Notes: generated by a model not told the origin, from the letters alone. Positions 1 to 10,285 are shown, counted from the first letter of the stretch. The stretch is 32,139 nt of DNA from Bacteroidetes/Chlorobi group bacterium ChocPot_Mid (GCA_003731675.1 RCNQ01000108.1:1-32139), one strand, 5' to 3'. Numbers and translations: made by a program.

Positions 1-225
1 AAGGTTTAAATCTCGGAGAGCTTCGTTTTCAGTCAATAAGGCACCAGTATCTGGAATCCATGAAAATATTTCCTGAAGCCAACCAATGCTACCTATAACA
101 GCTGTTCTGAAGCCACCGATTCGGGATATATCGCCAACTGATATAAGATAAAGTGAGGCAATTACCAGAATGACATAGGTAAAGTATTCTTTGTATGCCT
201 TTATAAATTTCAGAAATCTTAGCAT
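1..225 (-). CDS. mreC: Rod shape-determining protein MreC, N-terminal part (runs off window start)
   Basis: Not in ORF track. Hand translation from ATG at 225: MLRFLKFIKAYKEYFTYVILVIASLYLISVGD...GALLTENEALRDLNL, a TM helix followed by the start of a coiled coil (L..EN..LR), directly downstream of mreB. Confidence 0.88.
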   Translation of the reverse strand, partial: MLRFLKFIKAYKEYFTYVILVIASLYLISVGDISRIGGFRTAVIGSIGWLQEIFSWIPDTGALLTENEALRDLNL

Positions 226-285
226 CTGTCATTAAGTAATTATCACAAAATAATAATGAAAATATGCAAGAGCATATTACCTGAT

Positions 286-1311
286 TTAATATCTTGAACT
301 TTTAATCAGCACAGCAGAATATTCAACAAGATTTTCAAGTACTTTTCCTGTTCCGCGCACAACCGAAGTCAACGGGTCATCTGCAACATGAACGGGTAAT
401 GAAGTTTGCCTTCTTATTCTTTCGTCAAGACCTTTGAGTAAAGCACCACCACCACTGAGCATAATTCCACGGTCGTAAATATCTGCGGCTAACTCAGGTG
501 GAGTCTTTTCGAGTAATGTTATGACTGCTTCGACAATTTCATTGACTGATTCTGCAAGTGCTTCTCGAACATCGGCAGATGTAACTCTGATTGCTTTGGG
601 AATACCGGAAACCAAATCCCTGCCTTTTACTTCTATTTCTAATTCTTCTTCGAGTGGCACAGCAGAACCAACCTGACATTTAATAATTTCTGCTGTTCTG
701 TCACCAATAAGTATGTTGTGGACAGATCTGAAGTATTTGATAACGTCAATTGTTAATTCATCACCTGCAGTTTTTATAGATTCGTCTGCAACAATTTTAT
801 CGAGAGCAATAACTGCTATTTCGGTTGTACCACCACCAATATCAACAATCATATTACCTGTTGCTTCGTGAACATTCAGTCCTATACCGATAGCTCCAGC
901 CATAGGTTCGGCTATAAGGTGTACTTCCTTAGCACCAGCGTGCTCACAGCTATCGCGAACGGCTCTTTTTTCAACTTCCGTAATTCCTGAAGGAACGCAT
1001 ACCACTACTCTTTTGGCGGGTTGCCAGCTTAATGAGACTTTACGGATAAAAGCTCTGAGCATACCTTCTGTAATTTCGAAGTCTGCGATTGCTCCATCCC
1101 TTAAAGGTCTTATAATTTTAACATCTCTATGTGTTTTACCGACCATAGCTTCAGCTTCTTTGCCGATGGCAATTATATGCTTGGTTGTTCTGTCGAATGC
1201 AACCACAGAAGGTTCGTTAAGGACGATTTGCTTACCTTTCATCCAAATTAGTGTGTTAGCAGTCCCTAAGTCGATTGCTACGTCGTTCGAAAATAATTTC
1301 AATACTCCCAT
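286..1311 (-). CDS. mreB: Rod shape-determining protein MreB (actin-like ATPase)
   Basis: DLGTANT, AEPMAGAIG, VDIGGGTTE and LSGGGALL actin-fold motifs; 341 aa. Confidence 0.98.
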   Translation of the reverse strand: MGVLKLFSNDVAIDLGTANTLIWMKGKQIVLNEPSVVAFDRTTKHIIAIGKEAEAMVGKTHRDVKIIRPLRDGAIADFEITEGMLRAFIRKVSLSWQPAKRVVVCVPSGITEVEKRAVRDSCEHAGAKEVHLIAEPMAGAIGIGLNVHEATGNMIVDIGGGTTEIAVIALDKIVADESIKTAGDELTIDVIKYFRSVHNILIGDRTAEIIKCQVGSAVPLEEELEIEVKGRDLVSGIPKAIRVTSADVREALAESVNEIVEAVITLLEKTPPELAADIYDRGIMLSGGGALLKGLDERIRRQTSLPVHVADDPLTSVVRGTGKVLENLVEYSAVLIKSSRY

Positions 1312-1359
1312 TAAACCAATATCTCTTTGATTTATAAAATTCTTATCAAATATAAACTA

Positions 1360-1367
1360 CAAAAATA
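1360..1367 (-). promoter_or_regulatory. Putative Bacteroidota-type -7 promoter element for mreBC
   Basis: TATTTTTG on the minus strand matches TAnnTTTG; a second match (TATATTTG) lies at 1347-1354. Confidence 0.45.
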
Positions 1368-1501
1368 GCAGTTTTTATCGGAAAATAACAAGATTTTATC
1401 TTAACCGATATAAGTGCAATTAAAATAAAAACGATAATAAAATTGAAAATTGTAAAAAAATAATAAAATAGTAATTAAATCCACAGAATTATTCTTAATA
1501 T

Positions 1502-2140
1502 TTATTCATTTTTATTAAAACCTTGTATTTGCCACCCCTCAGTTTTTTGCATATCACTGTTCATGTTTGAAAATCTTACTCCGGTAAAAACAGCATTAGT
1601 TATGTTAACTGGTTTGATCAAAATATGCTGAGTAGCATGTAAATTGGATTTGCCAAAATAAACAGTATCGCAATCAACAGTAATATTATATAGAGAGCCA
1701 TAATTTTCAATTTTAATTCTCGCAGGTTTATTAAGCTGTGCTTTTATTGAATCAACCATGACAATGAGTCTTCCAGCTTCGGTTACTTTGCAACCATTAG
1801 TCGAGTATTGAAAATTAATATTACTATGTTTGTCGAAGTGGTCAGCGATTGTCCTGAAAAAGAAGTCAATTCCTTCTCCATCTTTTATATCAACTGTAAA
1901 ATCTGCTTGTAACTGGGTAACAGGTATTTCCTGACAATATAGGTCAACTAATCCACCACTATAAAGTGCAAAGGCATTTTTAGCGATTTTTTCAACGCTG
2001 TCAATATAGCCGATTTTAATTGCGGCAATTTCTTCCTCATAGGGTAAATTTTGATTGAGGTAGAACCTGTCAGGAGAACAGGACAGAAGAATCAAAATTG
2101 AGCTGAATATTAAGATTGTAATTTTCATGATAATTTTCAT
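1502..2140 (-). CDS. Hypothetical lipoprotein, beta-rich (possibly ConA/DUF1080-like fold)
   Basis: Hydrophobic signal ending LLSC (Cys21); alternating beta-strand pattern. The fold guess is weak. Confidence 0.6.
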   Translation of the reverse strand: MKIIMKITILIFSSILILLSCSPDRFYLNQNLPYEEEIAAIKIGYIDSVEKIAKNAFALYSGGLVDLYCQEIPVTQLQADFTVDIKDGEGIDFFFRTIADHFDKHSNINFQYSTNGCKVTEAGRLIVMVDSIKAQLNKPARIKIENYGSLYNITVDCDTVYFGKSNLHATQHILIKPVNITNAVFTGVRFSNMNSDMQKTEGWQIQGFNKNE

Positions 2141-2155
2141 ATTACTATGTGATAA

Positions 2156-3568
2156 TTATTTTTTATTGTATCGTAACTGTTCAGGGAAAAAGATTCTGTC
2201 CATTAATCCTATGCTTAATCCAACGTAAGTACGGGAAAAACTGCCGGGCAAGCCAATGGCGTCCACAATATCTTTTCCAAAACCTAAATCTGTTGAACCT
2301 GTGGCATATCCTAATAATAAACTTACATTAATAAACCCCGATTCTCCTTCTTCGAGTTTGTTAAGCACAAGGTTTACCCTCCCACCTACATTGATAAAGT
2401 TTGAAGGATAATAGTTATATTCAATAAATGGTTCAACAGATAGTTCATCAGATAATAGAGTCTGGAAGTATCCTATTCTGATTGGTAAAATACCTAAACC
2501 CCATTCTTTTTGTCCCATAACCATTAAGTTGATTAGTGAAGTTCCTGCATAGAATTTATTATTTAAAAAAGGAATTGCAACGGAAGCGTTGGCTAATTTC
2601 AAAGCAAATCCTTTTATGAAATTAGCTGAATCTTTACTGGTTGAGAGAGCAGATTCATCAGCACCTGTACTGAGCAAACCGAATTGTAAGAAGCCTACAT
2701 CCCAAGAGCTATGTTCATGTTCGTTCCATTCCTTTTCTGTTTCTTCAACCAAGTTATGAAAGTCGAGAACAGAAACACCAAGTCCAAAATATGGGAAAAA
2801 TACAGAAACTGATTTATCTCTGTAAGGATTTCCGGGATTGTCAATCAGTGGGCTCCAAGTTGGATTGAGACCACCAGCAAGACCAGCATATAATCTCATA
2901 TTCAATCCTCCGATAGAACCGACATCAAGTGAGCCTGAAACGTTTGCATACATAGAAGGATATAAACCTATTCCTGAGGTAATAGTAAATGCGACATAAG
3001 GTATATCTTCTACTAAATAGTACCGCTTTTTTGTATAGATGGAAAGAATACCCCAAAGTTGTTCAGTAGTAAGTGCACTCGGAGCAATTACTTCCAAACC
3101 ATTGACTCCCCAAGCCCAATTTTTGGCATCGTGAAACCATCTGAGACGTTGCTCAAAAAAGCCAAGTCGGTAAATTCCACCAGTAAACAAAGCATCTTTA
3201 TCACCAATATAAGAATCGGTCATATTTTGAAAGTTAGGATAAACTCCTAAAATACCAACTCCTATACCATGTTCTGAAGATGTACCCATTAGCCCAACAC
3301 TTTCGAACAATCCGTAACGAATGAAATCAGGGTATTTGCGTGTAACGATACTGTCATATTGAAGCATATCCCTTTGGTTTTTGAAAGTACGTGAACTCGG
3401 GAAGATTGTCCCATTGTCTCTGTTCCCGGGTGCATTATTAACAAAGTTTTGATATGTTGTATCTCTTAGGGTTATTGTATAAACATCTTCTTCGACCCGT
3501 GTTTGACCACAACTCATCAACAGAGTCAATACTCCGCTAATTAAGATAATGATTTTAGTGTTTTTCAT
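2156..3568 (-). CDS. Hypothetical lipoprotein with two tandem outer-membrane beta-barrel-like repeats
   Basis: Lipobox LMSC (Cys20); Gly/aromatic amphipathic strands; residues ~81-270 align by eye with ~287-457. Confidence 0.65.
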   Translation of the reverse strand: MKNTKIIILISGVLTLLMSCGQTRVEEDVYTITLRDTTYQNFVNNAPGNRDNGTIFPSSRTFKNQRDMLQYDSIVTRKYPDFIRYGLFESVGLMGTSSEHGIGVGILGVYPNFQNMTDSYIGDKDALFTGGIYRLGFFEQRLRWFHDAKNWAWGVNGLEVIAPSALTTEQLWGILSIYTKKRYYLVEDIPYVAFTITSGIGLYPSMYANVSGSLDVGSIGGLNMRLYAGLAGGLNPTWSPLIDNPGNPYRDKSVSVFFPYFGLGVSVLDFHNLVEETEKEWNEHEHSSWDVGFLQFGLLSTGADESALSTSKDSANFIKGFALKLANASVAIPFLNNKFYAGTSLINLMVMGQKEWGLGILPIRIGYFQTLLSDELSVEPFIEYNYYPSNFINVGGRVNLVLNKLEEGESGFINVSLLLGYATGSTDLGFGKDIVDAIGLPGSFSRTYVGLSIGLMDRIFFPEQLRYNKK

Positions 3569-3652
3569 AATTCTATCACAATTTATTTATAATTTTTATT
3601 CCGATATTTTTAAATTTAATTATTATACACATTACTTTAATTTTAACATATT

Positions 3653-4330
3653 TTATTTAAAAAAAGAGTTTTGAGCAACACATTCAACACTTAAAGCAGC
3701 ATAGTTATTCAGTTCAGCAAATAGTATATCTCCATTAACTATCTGACCTACACCTTCTGGAGTTCCGGTGAATATGCAATCGCCAGGTTCGAGAGTGAAA
3801 ACCCGAGACAGATATTCTATTAATTTTGCAACAGACCTTTCCATATATTGTGTTGAGGAGTTTTGTCTTAATTGATTATTGACTTTGAGTGATAAATCAA
3901 AAAATGGTATCTGGTCACCAAAATTTTCCGCAGGAATGATTTCAGATATAGGAGCAGAGCTGTAAAATCCTTTTGCTACAGCCCAAGGTAATCCGTTATC
4001 CTTTGATTGTTTTTGAACATCTCTCATTGTTACATCAATACCAACTGCATATCCGGCGATGTAATTGATTGCATCATCTTCGGAGATATTTTTACATTCT
4101 TTACCAATAACGACAACAAGTTCAACCTCGTGATGAATGTTTTTTGACATATCAGGCAAGATTATTTTTCCACCATTCTCGATGTATGCCTGTGGTGGTT
4201 TAATAAAAATAATAGGGTCGGTTGCGACTTGCCCACCCATTTCTGCGGCATGCTTAGCATAGTTTTGCCCGACACAAAACATTGTTTTTACTTCGAGTTC
4301 TTTTCCATTTTTAAATTTATATTTTCTCAT
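3653..4330 (-). CDS. Fumarylacetoacetate hydrolase (FAH/FAHD1/YcgM-like) family protein
   Basis: CVGQNYAKHAAE, HHEVELVVVIG, IDVTMRD, WAVAKGF and GDCIFTGTPEGVG motifs. Confidence 0.95.
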   Translation of the reverse strand: MRKYKFKNGKELEVKTMFCVGQNYAKHAAEMGGQVATDPIIFIKPPQAYIENGGKIILPDMSKNIHHEVELVVVIGKECKNISEDDAINYIAGYAVGIDVTMRDVQKQSKDNGLPWAVAKGFYSSAPISEIIPAENFGDQIPFFDLSLKVNNQLRQNSSTQYMERSVAKLIEYLSRVFTLEPGDCIFTGTPEGVGQIVNGDILFAELNNYAALSVECVAQNSFFK

Positions 4331-4356
4331 AAATCTTTTTGAAAAATCATTATAAT

Positions 4357-6522
4357 TTATTTATTTGTTTTTTTATCTTTTTCGTTTTCATTTAAGGTTG
4401 GGTTCCACTCTTTACCTTCCATTTGTCTTAATATTTCAGCGTTAGGATTAGTTGAATCAACTTTGGAATAATTAAAATCCCTTTTTTTGAAAGGTAGTGA
4501 AGGGTCACTATAAATTTTATTCATGAGTTTTCCCCAAAGAGGAGCGGCGGCAGTTGATGCGTAACCATAATCATTTGGGAAAGTAATTCTTCTGTCGTCG
4601 AAGCCAATCCAAAGCCCAGCAACAAGTTCTGGAGTAAATCCGATGAACCAGGCATCAGCAAAATCATTGGTTGTACCAGTTTTACCAGCAGCAGCACAAT
4701 TTTTGAAATATTTTCTTACAGTACTACCTGTCCCTCTGTCCACGACACCAGCCATCATATACGTCATCATATCAGCAATCTGAGGGTTAAAAACATCTGT
4801 GGCTCTGATTGCTTTTCTTGGTCTTTGGATGATGTTGCCCTGATAATCTTCAATACTGTTTACTGAATATGGTTTGACGTGAATACCATTATTAACAAAA
4901 GTGCCAAAAGCAGAAATTAAATCTAACGGGATAACTTCACCACCCGCACCAAGTGCAAGGGCAGGAACAGCCTGCAATTTGGATGTAATACCCATTCTAT
5001 AAGCAGTTGAAACAACCCTTGAAGGATTGGTAACCTCTGTAATTAATCTTGCGGCAACAGTGTTTATTGAAGCGGCTAAACCCTGATACAATGTAACAGA
5101 ATCAGAAGCAATATCTTTTCCTGAACCTCGAGGAACCCAGACTTCACCTGTGTAAGGGTCTTTATAGGAAAAGTAAGCTCTGGACATTTTGCTCTCTGGT
5201 GTCATGCCAGTCTCTAAAGCACATGCATAAACAATCGGTTTGAATGTAGAACCCGGCTGTCTTTGAATTTGTGTAGCATGATTTAATGAATATTTTGCAT
5301 CGGGGTGTTCTTCCATAAATTTTGGAGATGCTCCAACCATTCCAAGTATATTACCTTTTGTCGGGTCGAGTACCACAAGTCCGATTTGCAGTGTTGTGGC
5401 GGCGTTTTTGACTGAATCAATGAAATGTTGATTATATTTTAATCTTTGCTCAATTTGTTTCTTTTTTCTTTCGTCACCGGCAATGTAATCAGCACGCTTT
5501 TTAATTGCTTCCAAAATTAATTTATCAAGCAAGTCTTTGTTTCTTGACCATGACCAGTATCTATTGAATGTTTTTTGCAATTGAGTCATATGCTCTTTTA
5601 CAACTTCATTGGCATATTGTTGTATTTTAGAATTTAGCGTACTGTAAATTACTAAACCATCTCTATATAAATCTTTGTTTATCTGATTATCGGAGCTTAC
5701 TTGCCGGCGAATCATTTCGACGAAATGTGGAGCAGTCATAAATCTTCTGTGAACTGAAACGCCCCTTTCAGCTAAATGCAATTCTTCAGAAGCGGCTGAA
5801 GCTACCTGACCCGGGGTGAGATAGCCCTCATCTTCCATTAATTCGAGGACAAGATTTCTTCTCCTAATTGCTTTGTCGTAATCAACTGTGCCGTTGTAGT
5901 TTTCAGGATTTTTTAGAATTCCGACAAGAAAAGCGCATTCAGCTGTTGTTAATTCCTTCGGAGACTTGTTAAAATAAATTTCTGATGCAACCTGAATACC
6001 ATACGCACCTCGACCAAAGATAACAGTGTTGGCATAAAGTTCAAGAATTTCCTGCTTTGTATAGGTTTGTTCAATTTGTATGGCAATGAATGCCTCCTGG
6101 ACTTTTCTTTCGAGTGTGGTTCTTGGGTGTAAAAAAAGATTTCGTGCAAGTTGCATTGTAATTGTTGAAGCACCTTCCTTAATACCACCTGCTATTACGT
6201 TTTTAATTGCCGCTTTGACTACCCTTGATACATGAATTCCCCAATGGTCAAAGAATTTCCTGTCTTCGACTGCAATTAGTGCGTTGATAAAATCCTTAGG
6301 AATACTGTCGTAAGGAAGGTATATTCTTCTTTGTACTGAGAACATATCGAGTAGTTCACCATCTGAGCTGATAATTTGAGTAGCAAGGTTTTGTTTTGGA
6401 TTTTCCATCTGGTCAATTGATGGCAATCCATAGGAAATAACCGTCTGAATATAAAACCAAACAGCAAAGAGAAAAATGCCAAGAAGTATAAGCAACAAAT
6501 ATAGAAATTGTATTGGTTTCAT
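4357..6522 (-). CDS. Class A penicillin-binding protein, PBP1A family (transglycosylase/transpeptidase)
   Basis: N-terminal TM; GT51 motifs EDRKFFDHWG, GASTITMQLARN and RKVQE; transpeptidase SxxK (STFK), SxN (SIN) and KTG. Confidence 0.96.
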   Translation of the reverse strand: MKPIQFLYLLLILLGIFLFAVWFYIQTVISYGLPSIDQMENPKQNLATQIISSDGELLDMFSVQRRIYLPYDSIPKDFINALIAVEDRKFFDHWGIHVSRVVKAAIKNVIAGGIKEGASTITMQLARNLFLHPRTTLERKVQEAFIAIQIEQTYTKQEILELYANTVIFGRGAYGIQVASEIYFNKSPKELTTAECAFLVGILKNPENYNGTVDYDKAIRRRNLVLELMEDEGYLTPGQVASAASEELHLAERGVSVHRRFMTAPHFVEMIRRQVSSDNQINKDLYRDGLVIYSTLNSKIQQYANEVVKEHMTQLQKTFNRYWSWSRNKDLLDKLILEAIKKRADYIAGDERKKKQIEQRLKYNQHFIDSVKNAATTLQIGLVVLDPTKGNILGMVGASPKFMEEHPDAKYSLNHATQIQRQPGSTFKPIVYACALETGMTPESKMSRAYFSYKDPYTGEVWVPRGSGKDIASDSVTLYQGLAASINTVAARLITEVTNPSRVVSTAYRMGITSKLQAVPALALGAGGEVIPLDLISAFGTFVNNGIHVKPYSVNSIEDYQGNIIQRPRKAIRATDVFNPQIADMMTYMMAGVVDRGTGSTVRKYFKNCAAAGKTGTTNDFADAWFIGFTPELVAGLWIGFDDRRITFPNDYGYASTAAAPLWGKLMNKIYSDPSLPFKKRDFNYSKVDSTNPNAEILRQMEGKEWNPTLNENEKDKKTNK

Positions 6523-6527
6523 GATTT

Positions 6528-8318
6528 TTAATTATTTAGAATTTTACTTAATTCAACACGTCTCAATCTCATCCGATACATTTCCATTTCTTCGTTTTCC
6601 TTTTTTATAAGAGGTTTAGATTTTCCTGCAGATTTTGTTTCGAGAATTTCTTCAGGTACACCTCTTTTGACTAATTCAGCTTTTACAAAATCTACTCTTC
6701 TTTTACCGAGGGTTAAATTATAATTAACGGTGCCGATATCATCAGTATGCCCTGTGAGGACAATAACTTTTATCTTATCTTTTGATTTGAGTATATTTTC
6801 AGCAAGGTTGTCCAGTTGCATCTGCCAAGTTTGAATTGTTTCGACACCATTGCTATCAAGGACGTACCTGTATGGGTTATCATAAACATCTGTAGGGAAG
6901 TTAATTCTAAGGGTTAGCATTTCAGGTATTCTGAAGTCTTGTTTTAATTCCTTGATATTGTCCAGCATATCAACATAAATTGAAGCTGTTTCAAAAAATA
7001 AATCCTTGGCTGAAGCAGTAACTTCGTATCTGACATCTTTATTCAGTTCGACTGAATATTTGCCATTTTTATCTGATTTAACTTCTTTGAAAACCGTATT
7101 ATCAGGCATTTTTTTGACTTTAATTTCTGCTTCATCAAGTTCTGTCAGAGTCACTGCCTGATAAACCGTACCTGTCAGAGTGAAAGTTTTAACAATCTCA
7201 ATTTTTGGTTCATCGAGTTTAATATCAGGATTAACGTTAAAATCAATATCTTTTTTAGCTAAATCGGGTTTGCTTGTCTCTTTTTTTGTAACATTTTTCT
7301 TGCGAACGAAGATGTCGAATCCACCTTCCATAGAAACAAAACTGGCTTTGTCAGCGTCCTGGTTAGAGCTATAGTAAAGCAAAGTATCTGCATCTGACGG
7401 ACTACTGGGGAAAAGTTCATCGAATTTTGTATTTAAAGGTGGTTTTAAGTTTTTGGGTTTGGAAAAAAAGAAGTCTGGATTTTTTAATTTATCTAAGTCT
7501 TTATTTTTAACTGCTGACCAGAATTCATCTGAAATTTCTGATTCAAATATATCATATCCCCCAACAGTTTGATGCCCTGCTGATGAAAACAATAATTTTT
7601 TACCATTTGAATTAACAAAAGGTGTGAGTTCGGAACAACCAGTATTGATATGACTTCCGCAGTTCATTGGCTCAACCCAGTCACCATTTTCGTCTTTAAT
7701 AGTAAACCAAATATCAGTATCACCAAAGCCGACCTTTCTGTCTGAAGCAAAGAAAAGGACTTTTCCATCGGGTGATAATGCAGGTTGAGATTCCCATGTA
7801 AATTCATTTTGGTGAATTTTTTTGCCCAAGGATTTTGCATTGTGAATGTAATTTCCGGAAAGTGTGCCTTCGTATAAATCAGATTTTCCTATCATCCCTT
7901 CAGTAGCTGAAACTGAGAAAATAATTTTATCTTTGTTCACAGACATTGAACCCGCATGACCTGATACTGGAATACCCAAACCAGATTCGAGTGTTCCGGA
8001 ATTATACTTAATCATTCTTGCAAGCATGACTCTTTGCCTTCCGGCATCGTCATAAACTAATGCAGTTTTTTTATTGTCCAGAAAGCATAGAGCCCATTCG
8101 TTGTCAATTGAATTTATTTGATTGACTTTTTCGAATGTGTAATATGAATCCAGAAATTTGTTGACTTCATAAGAAGAGTCATAAGCCATTCCTGACCATT
8201 GCTCTGGCTGACAAAGTATTTCAACAACAGGACAATTAACTTCCTTTTCCTTTGTTAGTTTTGTCATACAGCTAACAAAGAAAAGTGGTAAAAGTATTAA
8301 AAGTAAATATCTAATCAT
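6528..8318 (-). CDS. OmpA-family peptidoglycan-binding lipoprotein with PD40 propeller and carboxypeptidase-regulatory-like domain (PorE-like architecture, no evident TPR)
   Basis: Lipobox FVSC (Cys17); PD40 repeats (ESQPALSPDGKVLFFASDR, ELTPFVNSNGKKLLFSS); LTGTVY...SDKNGKYSV domain; C-terminal GHTDDIG..YNLTLGKRR and RRVE. Confidence 0.88.
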   Translation of the reverse strand: MIRYLLLILLPLFFVSCMTKLTKEKEVNCPVVEILCQPEQWSGMAYDSSYEVNKFLDSYYTFEKVNQINSIDNEWALCFLDNKKTALVYDDAGRQRVMLARMIKYNSGTLESGLGIPVSGHAGSMSVNKDKIIFSVSATEGMIGKSDLYEGTLSGNYIHNAKSLGKKIHQNEFTWESQPALSPDGKVLFFASDRKVGFGDTDIWFTIKDENGDWVEPMNCGSHINTGCSELTPFVNSNGKKLLFSSAGHQTVGGYDIFESEISDEFWSAVKNKDLDKLKNPDFFFSKPKNLKPPLNTKFDELFPSSPSDADTLLYYSSNQDADKASFVSMEGGFDIFVRKKNVTKKETSKPDLAKKDIDFNVNPDIKLDEPKIEIVKTFTLTGTVYQAVTLTELDEAEIKVKKMPDNTVFKEVKSDKNGKYSVELNKDVRYEVTASAKDLFFETASIYVDMLDNIKELKQDFRIPEMLTLRINFPTDVYDNPYRYVLDSNGVETIQTWQMQLDNLAENILKSKDKIKVIVLTGHTDDIGTVNYNLTLGKRRVDFVKAELVKRGVPEEILETKSAGKSKPLIKKENEEMEMYRMRLRRVELSKILNN

Positions 8319-8427
8319 AAGTCAAATTTATTTTATTATTTAATTTCCTATCAAATATCAATAGCTAATAACTATAATTTATATTTTATCTAAAAAATAC
8401 TATATATTAAGAAGTTATTAGTAACAG

Positions 8428-8435
8428 CAAAGATA
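8428..8435 (-). promoter_or_regulatory. Putative -7 promoter element for the OmpA-PBP1A cluster
   Basis: TATCTTTG(C) on the minus strand, 110 bp upstream of the 8318 start, in a divergent AT-rich spacer. Confidence 0.5.
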
Positions 8436-8716
8436 ACACTAATTAATGAAATAATAAAAAAGTTGGAGGGAAAAAATTATTTGACATTTTATATTTTGGA
8501 ATTTATTTTTTACTTTAATTACTAATTCGAGAATATAATTATATTGTGTCAGAATGTTATTTTGGTTATTTTTGGAGTTGATTTTTAGCAGGTTTTTCAA
8601 TTTCACTTATGGAAATATTAGATAAGTATAAAATAGTTAAAACTGGTTGATCTTATTAATAAATTCTTAATATTTTAGATATGCAAACAGATATTGGTGA
8701 TTACATAAAAAAGAAC

Positions 8717-9781
8717 ATGAAGTTTTTGTCCAATCCTATTAGAGCCAAGAAAGCTGGTCATCCACCTGGAACTTTGACTTATACTGGCGAAGTAGCTGAT
8801 AATAAAGTAAAGCTTGATTTAATAACTTTTGACTCTGACTCTTGTAATGAATTTGAATTTGATAAAACAGATGAATTATTAGCAAAGTTCGATAAAGATA
8901 AAATTAACTGGATTAATGTAGTGGGGCTTCATGATGTGGAAGTTATAAATGAAACAGGTAATTTTTTTAATCTGCATCCCCTTGTTTTGGAAGATATTCT
9001 CAATACTCAGCAACAACCGAAAATTGACATTGAAGATGAGAACATTTTTATTACTCTCAAGATGTTGAAAGTCAATAAATCAGGGGATATCGATATTGAA
9101 CATGTAAGTTTTATACTCGGAAGTAATTATGTAATTTCATTTCAGGAAAGGCAACAAGATGTTTTTGATAATATCAGAGACAGATTAATCAATAATAAGG
9201 GTAAGGCAAGAAAAAGAACATCTGATTATTTATTCTATTTGTTAATTGATGCAGTAGTTGATAATTATTATTATGTTTTGGATAATATAAATGATAAGAT
9301 TGATGAACTGGAGCAAGCAATATATTTCAATCCTTCACATGATAATTTTCAAAAAATAATTGACTATAAAAAGCATTTGATACATTTGAAAAAATTGATT
9401 TATCCCTTGGAATCATGTATCAGAGAACTCCTTGATGATGAAGTATCGACAATAAACAACAATTATATTAAGTATTATAATGATGTGTTAGACCACTTGA
9501 AAAGCATAATACAGGACCTTGATGTGTTGCGTGAAATATTGATAGGTCATGTGGAGCTTTATATGTCTGCTTTAAACAATAAGATGAATAGCGTTATGAA
9601 GACTTTGACAATTGTAGCTTCAATATTTATTCCTCTGACATTTATAGCCGGGGTGTATGGTATGAATTTCAGATATATGCCTGAACTTGAGTCAAAATGG
9701 GGTTATCCGCTGATTCTGCTCATTATGTTAATTACAGGTTTGGGAATGTTGTTTTATATGAAAAAGAAAAAATGGTTTTAG
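8717..9781 (+). CDS. corA: Magnesium/cobalt transporter CorA
   Basis: GHPPGTL N-terminus, LHPLVLEDILN, YGMNF and MPEL signatures, two C-terminal TMs. Start placed at ATG 8717; ATG 8681 is the alternative. Confidence 0.96.
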   Translation: MKFLSNPIRAKKAGHPPGTLTYTGEVADNKVKLDLITFDSDSCNEFEFDKTDELLAKFDKDKINWINVVGLHDVEVINETGNFFNLHPLVLEDILNTQQQPKIDIEDENIFITLKMLKVNKSGDIDIEHVSFILGSNYVISFQERQQDVFDNIRDRLINNKGKARKRTSDYLFYLLIDAVVDNYYYVLDNINDKIDELEQAIYFNPSHDNFQKIIDYKKHLIHLKKLIYPLESCIRELLDDEVSTINNNYIKYYNDVLDHLKSIIQDLDVLREILIGHVELYMSALNNKMNSVMKTLTIVASIFIPLTFIAGVYGMNFRYMPELESKWGYPLILLIMLITGLGMLFYMKKKKWF

Positions 9782-9802
9782 AAATCAAATAGAGGCTAAT
9801 TT

Positions 9803-10255
9803 ATGTCATCAATGAAAGTTATTAATGAATTTTTATCAGCAAAGAAATTTGCTCTTGTTGGAATGTCACGCAATCCTAAATCCTTTAGCCGTATGGTAAT
9901 GAAGGATTTATCTGCTATTGGCTATGATATTACTCCTGTTAATCCAAATGTTGAGGATATTGAAGGTAAAAGGTGCTACCGTTCTGTTACAGAATTACCT
10001 GATGATATTGACAGATTGTTGATTATGACCAATAAAGCAAATACAGATGCAGTTTTAACAGAAGCAATTCAAAAAGGAATCAAAAGTATTTGGGTGCAAC
10101 AGACTTCCGACACAAGTAATACTATGCAGATAGCTAAGTCAAATCATTTTGAAAATCTTATAACAAAAGAATGCATTTATATGTTTGCAAATCCGAAAGG
10201 CATACATAAATTCCACAGGTTTTTCAAGAAATTATTTGGCAAGATGCCAAAGTAA
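9803..10255 (+). CDS. CoA-binding protein (YccU-like)
   Basis: FALVGMS.NP, GYDITPVNP, CYRSV.ELP and KSIWVQ motifs; AGAGG SD upstream. Confidence 0.9.
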   Translation: MSSMKVINEFLSAKKFALVGMSRNPKSFSRMVMKDLSAIGYDITPVNPNVEDIEGKRCYRSVTELPDDIDRLLIMTNKANTDAVLTEAIQKGIKSIWVQQTSDTSNTMQIAKSNHFENLITKECIYMFANPKGIHKFHRFFKKLFGKMPK

Positions 10256-10285
10256 GCTAACAAATGGATTTTTAAGGCATACTTA

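Noticed and set aside
1326-1342. 17-bp exact repeat TTTGATTTATAAAATTC, also at 26411-26427
   Set aside because: A rough estimate gives about one such match by chance in 32 kb of AT-rich DNA; the flanks do not extend.
1583-1610. TTAGTTATGTTAACT, 10/11 match to the XerD arm of dif
   Set aside because: Inside a CDS, no XerC-like arm, and far from the skew switch.
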